Shown here: in pieces, positions 1-12,615 of the stretch
Numbering within the stretch: the stretch's first letter is position 1
How the letters are laid out: each line of letters begins with the position of its first letter
DNA from: Phaeosaccion multiseriatum
Lineage: Eukaryota; Protista; Ochrophyta, other classes
Assembly (NCBI GenBank): GCA_965112735.1
Contig: OZ218954.1
Coordinates: 1,178,001-1,242,000 of the forward strand
DNA: 64,000 nt
Direction of reading: 5' to 3'
Position numbers and translations under genes: made by a program
Notes under the pieces: generated by a model
The model's database searches: none
What the model was told of the DNA's origin: nothing
Seen by the model: the letters and a program-made list of their open reading frames with translations, nothing else

Positions 1-9
1 GAATGAGGA

Positions 10-230
10 TAAGGGTGAGGGGTGAGGGGTGAGGGGTAAGGGTGAGGATGAGGATGAGGGTGAGGGTGAAGGGTGAGGGTGAAGGGTGAGGGTGAAGGGT
101 GAGGGTGAGGGTGAGGGTGAAGGGTGAGGGTGAAGGGTGAGGGTGAAGGGTGAGGGTGAAGGGTGAGGGTGAAGGGTGAGGGTGAAGGGTGAGGGTGAAG
201 GGTGAGGGTGAGGGTGAGGGTGAGGGTGGG
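10..230. repeat. (GGGTGA/GGGTGAA)n intronic tandem repeat
   Basis: Visible directly; lies in a NAT10 intron. Confidence 0.9.
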
Positions 231-270
231 ACCCCTCTTCCTCCTCCTCTTCCTCCTCAATCCCACTCAC

Positions 271-2151
271 CGTCACACTTGAGGGCCTTGACCATGATGG
301 CGCTGTGCTCTCCTGTGAGGTCGTTGGTGGTTTGCCGGAGGTAGCACATGCCCATGCCCAGCCGCTGCCAGAAGCGCAGCAGAGGGCCCGTGGTGCCTGT
401 GTGTGGGAGGAGGCCCAAGATGGTGCACGATGCGTGAGTCAGGGGTGTGTAGGTTGGTGATACGTTGTTAGGGAAGGGGGAGGGTGGCGATGAGTGAGGA
501 GAGTGAGGAGGGGGGGGGTGCCGACAGGTTACGGGAGGGGTAACGCCGATATGGGGTCGGGGAGGGCTACATGCGTTAGGCCGATACATTTAGGGCGGTA
601 TGGAGGGGAGGGCTATATGCGTTAGGCCGATACATTTAGGGCGGTATGGAGGGGAGGGCTATATGCGTTAGGCGGGGGGTGGGAGGTGTGGGTGGTGCGT
701 TGATTCGTTACCGGGGGGTGTGTACCGGTACAAGAAGGGGGGGGATTCGGTTCCAATCGATAACACGATGCATGATGGACGGTATCAAGGGGGTTCATCA
801 GAGTAACACGTAATCCTACGTACCGAAAGACACCCCCAGCCAGTGGAGCCGCTCCGGAGGCCGCTGAGCCAGCGCCACAAGAAGAGGAGGGAGGTTCTTC
901 CGGGGCTTCAACCGCTCCTTCCCCACCCACTTGCTCCCCCCTCCGTTCTCCGCGCCCACCCCCTCCTCCTCCTCCTCCTCGTCCTCGCTACCGTCCTCCT
1001 CTTCCTCTTCCTCCTCGCTACCCTCCTCCTCCTCGCTACCGTCCTCCTCCCCGCCCCCCTTCTTGCCACCCTTCTTGGAAGAAGAAGGTAAGGCCGAGCC
1101 CGTGAGATCAAAAATCTCCCCTTGATAGTACTTGCTGAGCAGCTGCATTGCTCGGGAGCCGTACCCCATCTGTTGCACATCCGGATGCGTCGCCAGCCTG
1201 ACCACCCGCGCCCCGCTCAGGGTGGGGAACTTGGAGTCCTGAAACTGTGTAGAGAGGGTCCATGGGATGAGGTCACCTGAGGCACGGTGGCCTCGGGACA
1301 TGGAGGCGTGGACATTGGCACGGCTAATCTTGCCTTCCAGAGACACCTTTGTTGTTGTGTGTGTTTAGGGGGGGGGTGCGGGGAGGGAGGGAGGGAGGGA
1401 GGAAGGGAGGGAGAGGGGGAGGGAGCGAGAGAGAATGAGAGAGTGGACAAATACACGCAGAGAAAGTGGGCGGTGACGAGCGCTGCCTTCTCTTATACCT
1501 CGAACCCCATACCCCGTTCCCCATATACCCATATACCCGTATGTATCCATATACCCATATACCTATCGTATGTATCCACATACCCATATACCTATCGTAT
1601 GTATCCATATACCCATATACCTATCGTTTGTATCCATATACCCATATACCTATCGTATGTATCCATATACCCATATACCTATCGTTTGTATCCATATACC
1701 CATATACCTATCGTATGTATCCATATACCCATACAGCCGTACGCCCATATACCTGTAAGACACAGAGCACGTCAGGCAGCCCCCCGTCCGCCCCTTGCTG
1801 CATGGCCTTGGGCCCGAGAAGCACAAAGAGGTGATGCGCAGGGGCGTCGCTGAGCAGCTGCAAGTCGTTGGGCTGGTTCTTGTAATGGGCGGCCGTGTAG
1901 AGGGACATGACGCGCTGGAGAAAGCCTTTGGGGGAGGGAGGGAGGGAGGGGAGGAGGAGGGACGAGGGGAGGGAGGGGAGGGTGGGAGAGGGGGAGGGAG
2001 GGGAGGAGGGAGGGAGGGAGGAAGGGAGAGGTCAGCTGAGTTCCGCTCGTTAGACCTCAATCCGTATTCGATCCCACGATCCATATATCGACCCGCTATA
2101 TCAACATCGACACTCAGGTCAAGTATCAGCTGAAACTGAAGTAACGACACA

Positions 2152-2210
<59 letters not shown>

Positions 2211-2542
2211 TCGCTGAGCTTATGGTACGAGAACAGTGCATCCCTGTCTACGTAGAAGAGCTCACAGTCCTGCGGGGCAGGGGTGCCGCACACCAGGCGG
2301 TGGCTGTCGATCTGATGGTAGTGGGGCAGTTGGTGATACAGTACGGCACAGCACTTGGTGAGACAGCAGCACAAAACACAGCACAGTAGAGGCAGCGAAG
2401 CAGCCACGCACACGCACACGCGCACGCACTCACACACATGCACACATGCAAACACACACAGAGAGAGAGAGAGAGTGGCCCACTCGAATCGCTCCTAAAG
2501 CAGACACACACACACACACACATACACACACACACACACACA

Positions 2543-2592
<50 letters not shown>

Positions 2593-5500
2593 AGAGGCAG
2601 CGCCAAGACACATACCGTCGCTTCGAAGCACAGCAGGCCGTTGAGCCACTTCTCGATGGGGTCCTTGTCGCCATAGCGAATGGGGGTTTTGAGACTCACC
2701 TCTCGCAGCACACGCCCCAAGCCACCGCCCCCGCCGTACGCAGCGGCGTTGGAGGCCTTGTCATGTCACGTCACGGTGGGAGGGACAGGATGGGGATATA
2801 GGGTAGGGTATGGGGGTGAGTGAAGGTGGGATGGGGGTGAGTGCCTGGTGTCAGTCAGTCTAAAGTGTTATCTCAGAGGGAGAGAGGGGGACAGAGAGAG
2901 AGAGCGCGTGCGAGAGAGAGAGACAAGAGTGCGCGAGAGGAGGAGAGATAGAGGAGAGAGAGGCAGAGAGAGAGGGAGGGAGAGACAGAGGAGAGAGAGG
3001 GAGATCCCCTGAGCAGGTGCCGTGACGTGCTGTATGCGACTCACCGCCTCTGAGGCACGCTTCCACCGCTGCTCGTGCACCTTCTCCTCGGACTTCTTCT
3101 TGCCTGACGGGTGCAGCAGTTGGTGATACAGTGGATGAGAGAGAGACATACACCAGTTGTGTGATACATCAGTGAGAGACTGAAAGAGCAAGCTTAATGT
3201 GATTATACATAACTTACCTGAACCGTGAACCTCCGCCGCCGCTGCCGCCGCCATGGCCTGCGCTGCGGTGCCCTGTCGAGTGTTGGCCGAGAAATGATCA
3301 TTACAGTGCAGTGTGGTCAGGTGAGTGCGCTGGTGCCTGGTGTCAGTCAAATCTGTGAGTGGCTGGTGTCAGTCAAATCAGTGAATCGGTATCCACCTAC
3401 CTGCTGTCTGCGAAGCTGATCGAGCAGCTTCAGAGACAGAGATCGACCCGTACCCTCGTAGCTGATGAGATGGCAGTTCACGGAAGGGGGGAGGGGAGAG
3501 AGGGAGAGAGAAAGAAGGGGGGGGGGGGAGGGGAGAGAGGGGGAGGAGGTGGGGATGAAGGGGGTGAGGGGGCAGGGGACGGGAAGGGGGTGAGGGTGGA
3601 GGCATCATAGGGCATAACACTCAGTGCACGGAATCACACACACGCAATTATATCATGTATCATCACGTAACCCCCCTTACAGAAGCACTACGCAACCCAA
3701 CCGTACGTAATCATTACGCAACCCTTACGTAAGTAACCATACGTACCCGTTGATGGTGGAGCTCATGAAGATGAGGTAGGGGCCGAGGAGCTTCTTGACG
3801 AGCGGCAGGGGGATGGCGGCTGCTTCATCTATGGCCAGCAGCTCGCAGTGGGACAGAGACGCGCAGTCCTGAGGCACAATGTATTGGATGGTTTGGCGGT
3901 GGTCCTTGAACACGTTGATGCGCACCACACATCTGATTTGAAAGGAGGGGGAGGGAGTGTGTGGGAGTGAGGGGGTGCGTTGCTGCTGCTGCTGCTGTTG
4001 CAAAACTCAGCACGAAGAACATACTGGCTTGGAGACTTTCACTCTTTATTCAACACACACAAGGCGGAACAAAAGTTTCCCCCTCTCTCTATCTCTCTCT
4101 CTCCCTCCCGCTCTCTCTTTCTGTCCTTCCCCCTCTCTCTCTCCGCCCCTCTCTCTTATCTCTCTTTCTCTCTCTCCCTCCCCAAACCCCCTCTCTCTCC
4201 CCTCTCTCTCTGTGTATCACCAACTCGCTAACCTGTTGAAGTCCGGGTTGGTGCTCTGAATCACCTCGTAGTCCAAGTGCTCCTTCAAACCGATCAGGTC
4301 GAAGCCCTGGCAGAGGGAGGGGGGGGGGAGGGTGACGTAACCAACGTGACCTCACTAAGACCACAGCTTACTCGTTTCGTATGTGTGTGTAACATCACGT
4401 ATTCTTACGTACCTTGAGCACGAACTCGAACATGGTGCCCAAGTTGTCCGGAGACGGCGCCGTCACAAAGATGTTCGAGTACCTTTTGTTCAGGAAGTCA
4501 GTGAGTCAGTGAGAGACAGTAAATCAGTGAGTCAGGGAGAGACACTAAGTCAGTGAGTCAGTGAGAGACACTAAGTCAGTGAGTCAGTGAGAGACACTAA
4601 GTCAGTGAGTCAGTGAGGGACACTAAGTCAGTGTTTTTAGTCAGTGAGGGACACTCAGTCAGTGAGTCAGTGAGGGACAGTAAGTCAGTGAGTCAGTGAG
4701 AGACACTAAGTCAGTGAGTCAGTGAGGGACAGGGAGTTCAGCAGCGTGAGCTCAGCAGTGACTTATTGGGGCAAGTGTGCTGCTGAGAGCGTGAGAGCGG
4801 GTCCAAAGCCCAAAGACCAAACAATAGTTCTTAACATATTCTCAGTCTTCATGAACTTCATGGACTTCATTGACATACCCGTATGACACGGCCCCGGCTA
4901 AGCAGAGCCCGATGGCAGCAGATTTGCCCCTTCCGCGAGAGGCCGTGAGGGAGACGGTGGAGCGGAGCTTCTTCTCACTGATGGCCTCCATGAACGTCAG
5001 GATGGCGCGGGCCTAGCGAGGGGAGTGGGAGGAGGGGGGAGGCAGGGCGGCAGGGGTGAGAGGAGGTTGGGGAGGAGGGGTGGTGGTGGTGGTGGGGAGT
5101 ACATACATCCACACCCATCCAGTCATGCACGTACACAACACATTCCCACACCCACCCATCCACACCCACCTGCACACGCGCCCACATCCACACACATATG
5201 CCCACACATCCACGCACACTCACGCACACACCCACCCACACACATACCCACACACGCGCCCACATCCACACACATCCACCCACACACCCACGCACCCACG
5301 CACACACATGCACACACCCACACCCACACACGCACCCACACATCCACACACACATGCATATACCCACACACACACATGCATACACGCACACACACACACA
5401 CACCTGGTCTACGGTCTTTGCTCCTGCCACGAGCTTGCCGATGGGCGGGGTCTGTTCCAGCGACTCCTGCAGTTCACGCAGCTCCCTGCCCTCCGGAGTC

Positions 5501-7218
5501 TCCTCCTCCTCCATACCCGCCGGGAGAGCCTGTGGGTAAAGTGCAGTGTGAGTTTGAGATTACTAACCAACCTGTGGACCACTCCAAACAACCGACCAAC
5601 TAATTAACCGCGACCAACCGCGCACCCACCCACCCATTGACATACTAGACCAACCCCCCGGTCTCATCACACCCACCCACCCATTGACATACTAGACCAA
5701 CCCCCCGGTCTCATCACACCCACCCACCCGCCAACCCACCTTGATGGTCTTGGCGTGGCTGGAGAGGGGCAGCACGTTGAGCTCATCATCGCACATGAGG
5801 CAGTTACGGCAGTCGCCGAGCATGAGCATGAAACGTTCGACGAAACGGCCCGTGGCCTCCCCGTAGGCCTCCGTGCGGTACCTTTGGGGATAACCGAGGG
5901 CGCGGAGGGAGGGAGGGAGGGAAGAAGGGAGGGAGGAGGAGAAGGAGGGGGGGGGGGGAGGCGAGAGTTGGGAGGATAGAATAGCGACGTCCTCTCCCCC
6001 CCCCCCCCTTCCATCCACTGCCATCCACTGCTGTCCCATCCCTCACCTATCGTGCACATCCATAGTCATGGTATAGAGCTGCTTCAGTGACTTAACGCTC
6101 CTTAGCAGCAGCACCACCACGCCGCCCCCCTCCACCGTCTCCACTGTCCGTGCCAGGAGGTTCGGGGTGAGTGCCTCAAAGTCCTGCAAGACGAGCATGC
6201 CGTACGTCTGTCCAAGGATACGCCCTGAGTCCTTGTAGTAGCACCTTAGGGGAAGAAGAGAGGGAGTGGGGGGTGTTGTCAGGGCAGAGGGTGGGTGGAT
6301 GGGTGAAGGGGGTGGATAGGTGTTACAAGCAGGACGCACGCATCCACACATACGGATCCACACACACACACACCATCGGATGTCTGTGCTGTTGATGAAG
6401 AGCTCGAAGGGGTCTTCGGACGTGTCAGCGTTGCCGAGTCCGCCTTTCTTCTGCCGCTTGAGCTGCCTCATTCGCTTCTTCTTGTGGGTCGAAAAGCCCA
6501 GCTGAGGAGTGAGGAGAGAGGGGCGAGGAGATAGGGGTGAGGAGTGAGGAGAGGGGAGAGAGAGACAGAGACAAGGAGGCGCCTACACAGGCGGCGATCG
6601 GAGGAGACCTCCCCCATGACCCGCCGTCGGAGGGCTTTTGCCTCCAGGCACCATCTTCCCCCCCCTCCCCGCCCTCTCCCTCAGCAGCAAACAACCCCCC
6701 CCACACCAACATATGCACACGTGGGTCCAATATGATGCAGCCCTCACATGTCCAGCCTCCACTCCCTCCCTCCCTCCCTCCCTCCCTCCCTCGCTCCCTC
6801 CCTCCCTCCATCCCCCCCTCCCTCCCTCCCTCCCTCCCTCCCTCCCTTCCTCCCTCTCACCTCCTTCTTGTAGCACCAGAGCACATTGGGTCTGGTGGCC
6901 ACTCGAGCCTTGCTGAGCACGTAATGCAAGTTCACCACTTGATCCTTCAATAAGGACAGGATGGATGGATGCATGGATGGATGGATGGATGGATGGATGC
7001 ATGGATGGATGGATGGATGGGGGAGGGCCGAAAGGAGGAAGATGAGAGAGTGGGTGGTCGGTGATAGAGCATCATGAGGGAGGGAGTCAAGGGGAGAGGG
7101 GGAAAGGGTGAAGGGAGCTACCCTTACAATAATTCCGCTCTTTCCACAGCAGCCTACAGTAGACTGCTGTGCCGGGCGCATCCCCACGCCAACCTCTGTA
7201 CCTTCTCTCTGTCTCTTC

Positions 7219-7249
<31 letters not shown>

Positions 7250-7456
7250 TCCCCCAGTCTCTCTCTCCCCCTCTATCCACAGCAGCAGAAGCAGTAGCAG
7301 GAGCAGGAGCATGAAACGGAAAACGTGAACACATCCTCAAACGAGAAGGCTCACCTTGCCATGATCTCCGACCAGCACCATTAGGGAACGATGTCGCTCC
7401 TTAACCCCATTCTCGATGAGTGTCCTCACGCGACTATCCACCTTCTTACGAACCAT
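271..7456 (-). CDS. NAT10: RNA cytidine acetyltransferase NAT10/Kre33 (18S rRNA/tRNA ac4C), multi-exon, 3' end beyond the left edge of the window
   Basis: Hand-spliced GT-AG exons 7456-7355, 6944-6861, 6501-6374, 6244-6047, 5881-5740, 5529-5404, 5012-4879, 4482-4413, 4306-4233, 3932-3747, 3461-3401, 3272-3218, 3103-3045, 2756-2616, 2311-2209, 1925-1753, 1346-824, 396-271. They give [17 protein letters not shown]..., [23 protein letters not shown], helicase motifs [13 protein letters not shown] and [24 protein letters not shown], and GNAT motif [20 protein letters not shown]. An acceptor (CTCCAG) sits just before the ATG, implying a 5'UTR intron. Confidence 0.97.
560..672. repeat. ~47-bp tandem repeat in a NAT10 intron
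   Basis: GGGAGGGCTAYATGCGTTAGGCCGATACATTTAGGGCGGTATGGAG, about 2.5 copies. Confidence 0.85.
1520..1750. repeat. ~29-bp minisatellite (ATATACCCATATACCTATCGTWTGTATCC)n
   Basis: About 7 copies, starting right at the intron donor on the minus strand. Confidence 0.9.
4496..4732. repeat. ~26-bp minisatellite (AAGTCAGTGAGTCAGTGAGAGACACT)n
   Basis: About 9 degenerate copies at the 3' end of a NAT10 intron. Confidence 0.9.
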
Positions 7457-7784
7457 ACTGGAGAGGGGGGGGGGGAGAGAAGAGAAGAGAGAGGAGAGAG
7501 GAGAGAGAGAGAGAAAGGTGAGCGGCGGAGAGAGAGAGAGGGAGGGAGGAGGAGGGGGTGGAGAGGAGGTAATGAGAGGGGCGGGAAGGGAGAGGAGAGG
7601 GAGAAAGGTGAGCAGCGCAGAGAGACAAAGAGAGGGAGGGAGGAAAGAGGAGAAGAGGGGATGGAGAAAGGTGAGGAGCGGAGAGAGACTGAGGGTGGAC
7701 GAGTGGCTGAGGGAGGGATTGAGTGAGTGGATTGTTGGAGGGGGAGGGGCGAAGCACAGACCTGCTGCTCCTCCCAACTCTTAC

Positions 7785-8002
7785 AGCAGCTTCTGAATCT
7801 TTCTCTGCTGCTACTGCTGCTTCCTCCAGCAGCAGAGGAAAGCAGGAAGCTTAATTGACGGGAGGATGCGAGGGCTTTGGGCGGCCACCCTAGCTTCCAT
7901 AAGTCATCAAATGAGACAACCTCCCGACTACGGAAACACATCTGCTACCTGACACCACGTACTCCTTCATGTTCCCCCCTGTCGTTCCACAAAAAATAAA
8001 CG
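7785..8002. promoter_or_regulatory. Probable compact bidirectional promoter between NAT10 (-) and fabZ (+)
   Basis: The start codons at 7456 (-) and 8003 (+) diverge. The NAT10 5'UTR intron probably starts at the minus-strand GTAAGA at 7784, leaving ~220 bp of non-repetitive DNA. Confidence 0.5.
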
Positions 8003-9403
8003 ATGGCCCCTTCCTGTTTGTCTGCAGCCGCCGTGCTGGCATGTCTGCTATGCTTCTTCTCTTCGGCGACCGTGGCGTTCCTGGCTCCCGGGCCAGCTGT
8101 AGCAGCGGTGGGTCAAAGAGTAGTAGCAAGCGCGGCAGCAGGAAGAGGGGCAGGAGGAGCAACAAGACCAGCCTCCTTCCTTCGCATGAGCGGCGAGGAC
8201 GCGGCAGCGGAGGAAGTCAAGAGCGTGTCGGCACAGGACTTTAGCAAGGGCATTGCGCACCCCAAGACGGTGGCTGCGTTGGAGGATATCGCAAAGGTGC
8301 TGCCCCACCGATACCCCTTCGCCCTGGTGGACAAGGTAAGTTCATAAAAAAAGGAGAGAGGAGAGAGGCTTGAGCTGGCACTTTCCCTCTTTGCGGCTAC
8401 TGCTACTGCTACTGCTGCTGTGGGTAGATGTTTGATGTGAGGAAAGGCAGGTGAAGTTGGATGGATCCTCCAACACTAACACTACTATCCCCCCCCCATA
8501 CTCACTCAGATCATCCACTTTGAGGAGGGAAAGAAGGCCATCGGGGTCAAGTGCATTACTAACAACGAGCCGCAGTTCACGGGACACTTCCCCGATAGGC
8601 CCATCATGCCTGGCGTCATGCAGGTAGGCATTGACGGAGGACGACTAACGAGCAAGCGAGCCAGGCGATTGAAAAGGAGAGGAGGAGGGTTGGATGGAGA
8701 GGAGGAGGAACAAGAAGAGGAGGAGGATGGGGAGGAGGAGAGGGGGAGGAGGAGGATGGTGGGGGACTTGCCCTTTTGTCGCCCCTCTGCAGAGTTGAAA
8801 GCCTCATCCACTGTCCCCCCCTTCCCTCCCCTGTTTGCTTTAGATCGAGGCAATGGCCCAGGTGGGCGGGTTTGTGTGCCTGCAGCAGCCCATCAGCGAC
8901 GGGCAGGGTATCTTCTTCTTTGCGGGGGTGAACGGAGTGAGGTGGCGCAAGCCTGTGGTGCCCGGGGATGTGCTGGTGATGGAGATGGAGCTTGTAAGCT
9001 GGAATGAAGGCTTTGGACTGGCCAAGATGAAGGGCACGGGGTGAGTGAGGGAGTGAGGGGGGCAAGAGGAGAGGGGCAAGGGAGGGAGGGACAGATGGAC
9101 GGGTGGAAAGGTATTTTCCGTCCCGTGCAGGAACGCAAGCCCCGACTCCCTGTGCCTCTTCGTCTCCCGCTGTCTGCCTCTCTGTCTCTCCCTATCTCTG
9201 TCTCTCCCTCTCTCTCTTTCTCTGCCTCTCTCTCTCTTTCTCTGCCTCTCTCTCTCTGTCTTTCCCTCTCTCTCTGTCTCTCCCTCCTCTCTCTCTCTGT
9301 CTGCCTCTCTCTTGTCTCTCCCTCTCTCTGTCTCCCCCTCTTCTCTCTCAACCTCCCTCTCTCTGTCTCTCCCTCCCTGTCTCTGTCTCCCTCCCTGTCT
9401 CTG

Positions 9404-9439
<36 letters not shown>

Positions 9440-9686
9440 GTATCTTTCCTGTTCCCTCTCCGCTCCCATCCCGTCCTGCCACCGCCCCCCCCTGCCTCTA
9501 AATAAGGACGCTGGCCTTGCCTGACGCCTTTCTACTGATTTATGTATGTATGCATGCATACAGGCATGCATGTACATTTAACTCTTTCCACCCTCTTCCC
9601 TCGTCTTGTCCACCCCCAGATACGTGGACGGAAAGGTTGCCGTGGATGTCAAGGAGTTTACCTTTGCCCTGGCCAAGGACGCGTAA
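8003..9686 (+). CDS. fabZ: Plastid-targeted 3-hydroxyacyl-ACP dehydratase (FabZ)
   Basis: Exons 8003-8335, 8510-8623, 8844-9040, 9620-9686. Motifs [49 protein letters not shown]. N-terminal hydrophobic signal peptide followed by TVA-FLAP (ochrophyte bipartite plastid targeting). Confidence 0.96.
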
Positions 9687-10470
9687 GGTTGAGCGGACCT
9701 TATGGGAAGGACGAGAGGGCATGGAGGCATGGAATTACTCCAGGGCGTGAAGGACTGTAGACCTTTTGCCCTCCGCCCGAGTCGACGTGAAGGACTGCCT
9801 GACTGTACTACGGACTGTTTTTGTACCTATGTCCTTCGCCGAGAAGGCGTGAGCGAGTGCCACACACTGTTGCGATAGGAGTTACATGCTTACTTACCCT
9901 TACGTTCTCGTGTTATAAATCACACTATTAATTTATTCTTTTATTTTGTAGGGTGTGTCCGAGCTCAGTAATACAGACGCCATCTTCGGACGTAGGGCTG
10001 CTGCTGCGGATGCCCCCCTGCTTTTGCTGCCTTTGTGTAGTGTGGGCCAGGCGCTCTACTCCCGCAGCCACCCGCCTGCGTTCCTTCCTGAATAAGCTCT
10101 GCCTCCCGAGCCTCTCCCAAGAGGGCCGTCAGTAGGCAGCACCTGTCGGGCTCGGCGGCAGTATTTCCCGGCAGTCGTTCATCGAAGCTGACGCGCCCTT
10201 TCCCTGATCGTTTTGTTGCTTCGCCGCTCTACCCGCGTTGCAACATGCTTTACTGCTCCGGCCCGAGGGTGGTGGTACTGAGGAGGGTGGTGGTATCAAG
10301 CTACACCGACATGTATTCGAAGGGAGGGGGGGAAGGTACCTGCCAGGCCTTGCTTCATGCACAAGAAAGAGAGGGCAATTTGGCGGGGAAAATCTGAATC
10401 GTGTCGAGAGCCCGAGAGCCCAACAGATGAGCTCGAAACGTGCCATGTAGCCTCACACAAAACTCCGACC

Positions 10471-12109
10471 ATGGCTTTCTTCGCTGCTCCTGCTGCTACT
10501 GAGCTGTTCCGACATGGCTTCTCCGCCGCCCTGCTGCTGATACTACTCACCGCCCTCCTTGGGGCCGCAAACGCGGAGGTACTACGAGCACATCTGGCTC
10601 GAAGAGAAATCGAGAGATGGAGAGGGAGAGAGGGGGGCGAGACTTGGAGCCCTAAGGAAGCGCTTAGGTGTCGGTCTGACCTCGTTACCGTGTACGCCTG
10701 CCGCACCTCAGCAACCTCCTCGCCTGCTGAGTTTGAAGCGAGATGCCATCCCTTATTTTTTTACACCCCTTTACAGGGCCTACGATTGACAGTCGACCCC
10801 GCTCTCGTTGTGTACTCTTGCTGTGCAGATTCGAAGCCGCGAGACAGGCGACAGCAACCCGCATCGGGGAAGACAGCTGCAGTTCGACGAGGACAGGATC
10901 AATGCCCTTTTTGGCGAAGCGTTTGGAGAGGGAGAAGGACGAGACGGACGAGGAGGAGAAGGTCTGAATGTCGACGGCACCACGATTGACGGCGCGTTTG
11001 ATCCAGCAGCGTTTGGGGTGGGAGGAGGACGAGGAGAAGGAGGTAATGGTCAAGGAGGAGGAGGACGACGAGGAAATGGTCAAGTAGGCGCGAGAGGACC
11101 GCCTGGCGGGGGCGGGGGTGAGAATTCGAGGCCAGAATGGGTGCAGCAGTGGCTGGACGGGGTGGACGGGGTGATAGGAGGAGGAGGACGAACGATAGGA
11201 CGTGGAGGAGGCGGAGGGGGGGGGAGAGGAGGAGGGGGGGAGCGGCCGTGGTGGGAGGAGGCTTTGGAGGAGTGGCGAGGAGGAAGAGGAGGAGGAGGAG
11301 GAGGAGGACGAGGACGAGGAGGAGGAGGAGGAGGAGGAGGAGGAGGAGGGGGAGGAGGAGGAGGAGGAGGGCCAGGAGGAGGAGGAGGAGGCGGAGGAAG
11401 GCCAGGGGGAGGGCGAGGACCAGGAGGAGGAGGCGGGCCAGGAGGAGGAAGAGGAAGAGGAGGAGGAGGAGGAGGAGGACCAGGACGAGGAGGAGGAGGA
11501 GGAGGAGGAGGAGGAGGAGGACGCGGAGGAAGAGGGCGAGTGGTTGGTGGGGGGGGGGGAGGAGGAGGACCAGTAGTAGTAGTAGGAGGTGGCGGAGGAG
11601 GAGAGCCGATAGGAGAGCCGATAGGAGGAGGAGGGCCCGGAGGAGGAGGGCCAGGAGGAGGAGGAGCAAGAGGAGGAGGGTCGGCGGGAGGACGACGAGG
11701 AGGAGGGCCAGGAGGAGAAGACCCGATACCCTCGCCAGGACTCCGAGGAGGAGGACAGCTTGGGCCCGAGGAGCCCAGCTTCAATGGTCGAAACGACGAG
11801 AGCGCGCCTGGCCCCCGTCTGGAGCGTGGCCCCGACCGCGAGTCGTCCGACAGTGAGTCGGACTCCTCCGACGACTCGGATTCCGATTCCTCCGATTCCT
11901 CTTCGTCCGACTCTTCTTCTTCCGATTCTTCTTCTGACAGTGACTCCTCGGACTCCTCCTCAGATGATTCCTCTTCCTCCGATTCTTCCGATTCGTCTTC
12001 CTCCGATTCTTCCGATTCCTCTTCGGACTCTTCTTCTGACAGCCGTGACAGAGAGACAAGGCCCTTTGCGCGCGCCCTTCTTAGCCTCATCAAAGGCTGG
12101 GCCTGGTAA
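10471..12109 (+). CDS. Secreted low-complexity protein (~462 aa): signal peptide, RxL motif, Gly/Arg-rich block, Ser/Asp-rich acidic block
   Basis: Exon 1 10471-10578 (MAFF...AALLLILLTALLGAANAE, donor GAG|GTACT) joins in phase 0 to exon 2 10829-12109 (acceptor TGTGCAG|ATT), which matches the frame of ORF 10808..12109. Contains HRGRQLQF, poly-G with RG/PG, then SDSESDSSDDSDSDSSDSSSSD... Confidence 0.75.
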
Positions 12110-12459
12110 AGGGGTGGCGGCCTGGGCCTGGCAAGGGGTGATGCAGGGCCTGGTAAGGGGTGATACAGCATCACAACGGCCAGCGGGAGGGAGGGAGGGA
12201 GGGACCCAGTCAGTCGGCAGGGACAAGTCGGCGGGGGGCTGTCAGCAGGCGCCAAATAGCCCGCTCAGTAGTAATGGTTGGTAGGAGAGCTGATTAAGGA
12301 AGAAGGCTGTGCCGCAGGGTTGACGCGGCATGTATTGATACAGTATGGCCTTTGCGCTCGACGGTTAAAAAGAATGATTAAAAAAATAATTTGGGGCGCC
12401 CGTGGCTTCAGCCTTCGATTCACATCACGCTCCTGCTGCCTGTGCACTTCGCGCGCTCG

Positions 12460-12603
12460 CTGTTCCGCCGAGTCAGTCTGCCATAGGCTGCCATAGGTGG
12501 TGTCTCTTGTATCTCATCCTATCCTGACTTGATCTGTTCCGCCGAGTCAGTCTGCCATAGGCTGCCATAGGTGGTGTCTCTTGTAGCTCATCCTATCCTG
12601 ACT
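12460..12603. repeat. ~70-bp tandem duplication just downstream of ANK-A
   Basis: Two copies of CTGTTCCGCCGAGTCAGTCTGCCATAGGCTGCCATAGGTGGTGTCTCTTGTAKCTCATCCTATCCTGACT. Confidence 0.9.
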
Positions 12604-12615
12604 CTCTCCTCTCTC

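Noticed and set aside
11080-12255. Minus-strand Pro/Glu-rich 391-aa ORF (formin/extensin-like)
   Set aside because: It is the antisense shadow of the Gly/Ser-Asp gene, which has the signal peptide and in-phase splice sites on the plus strand.
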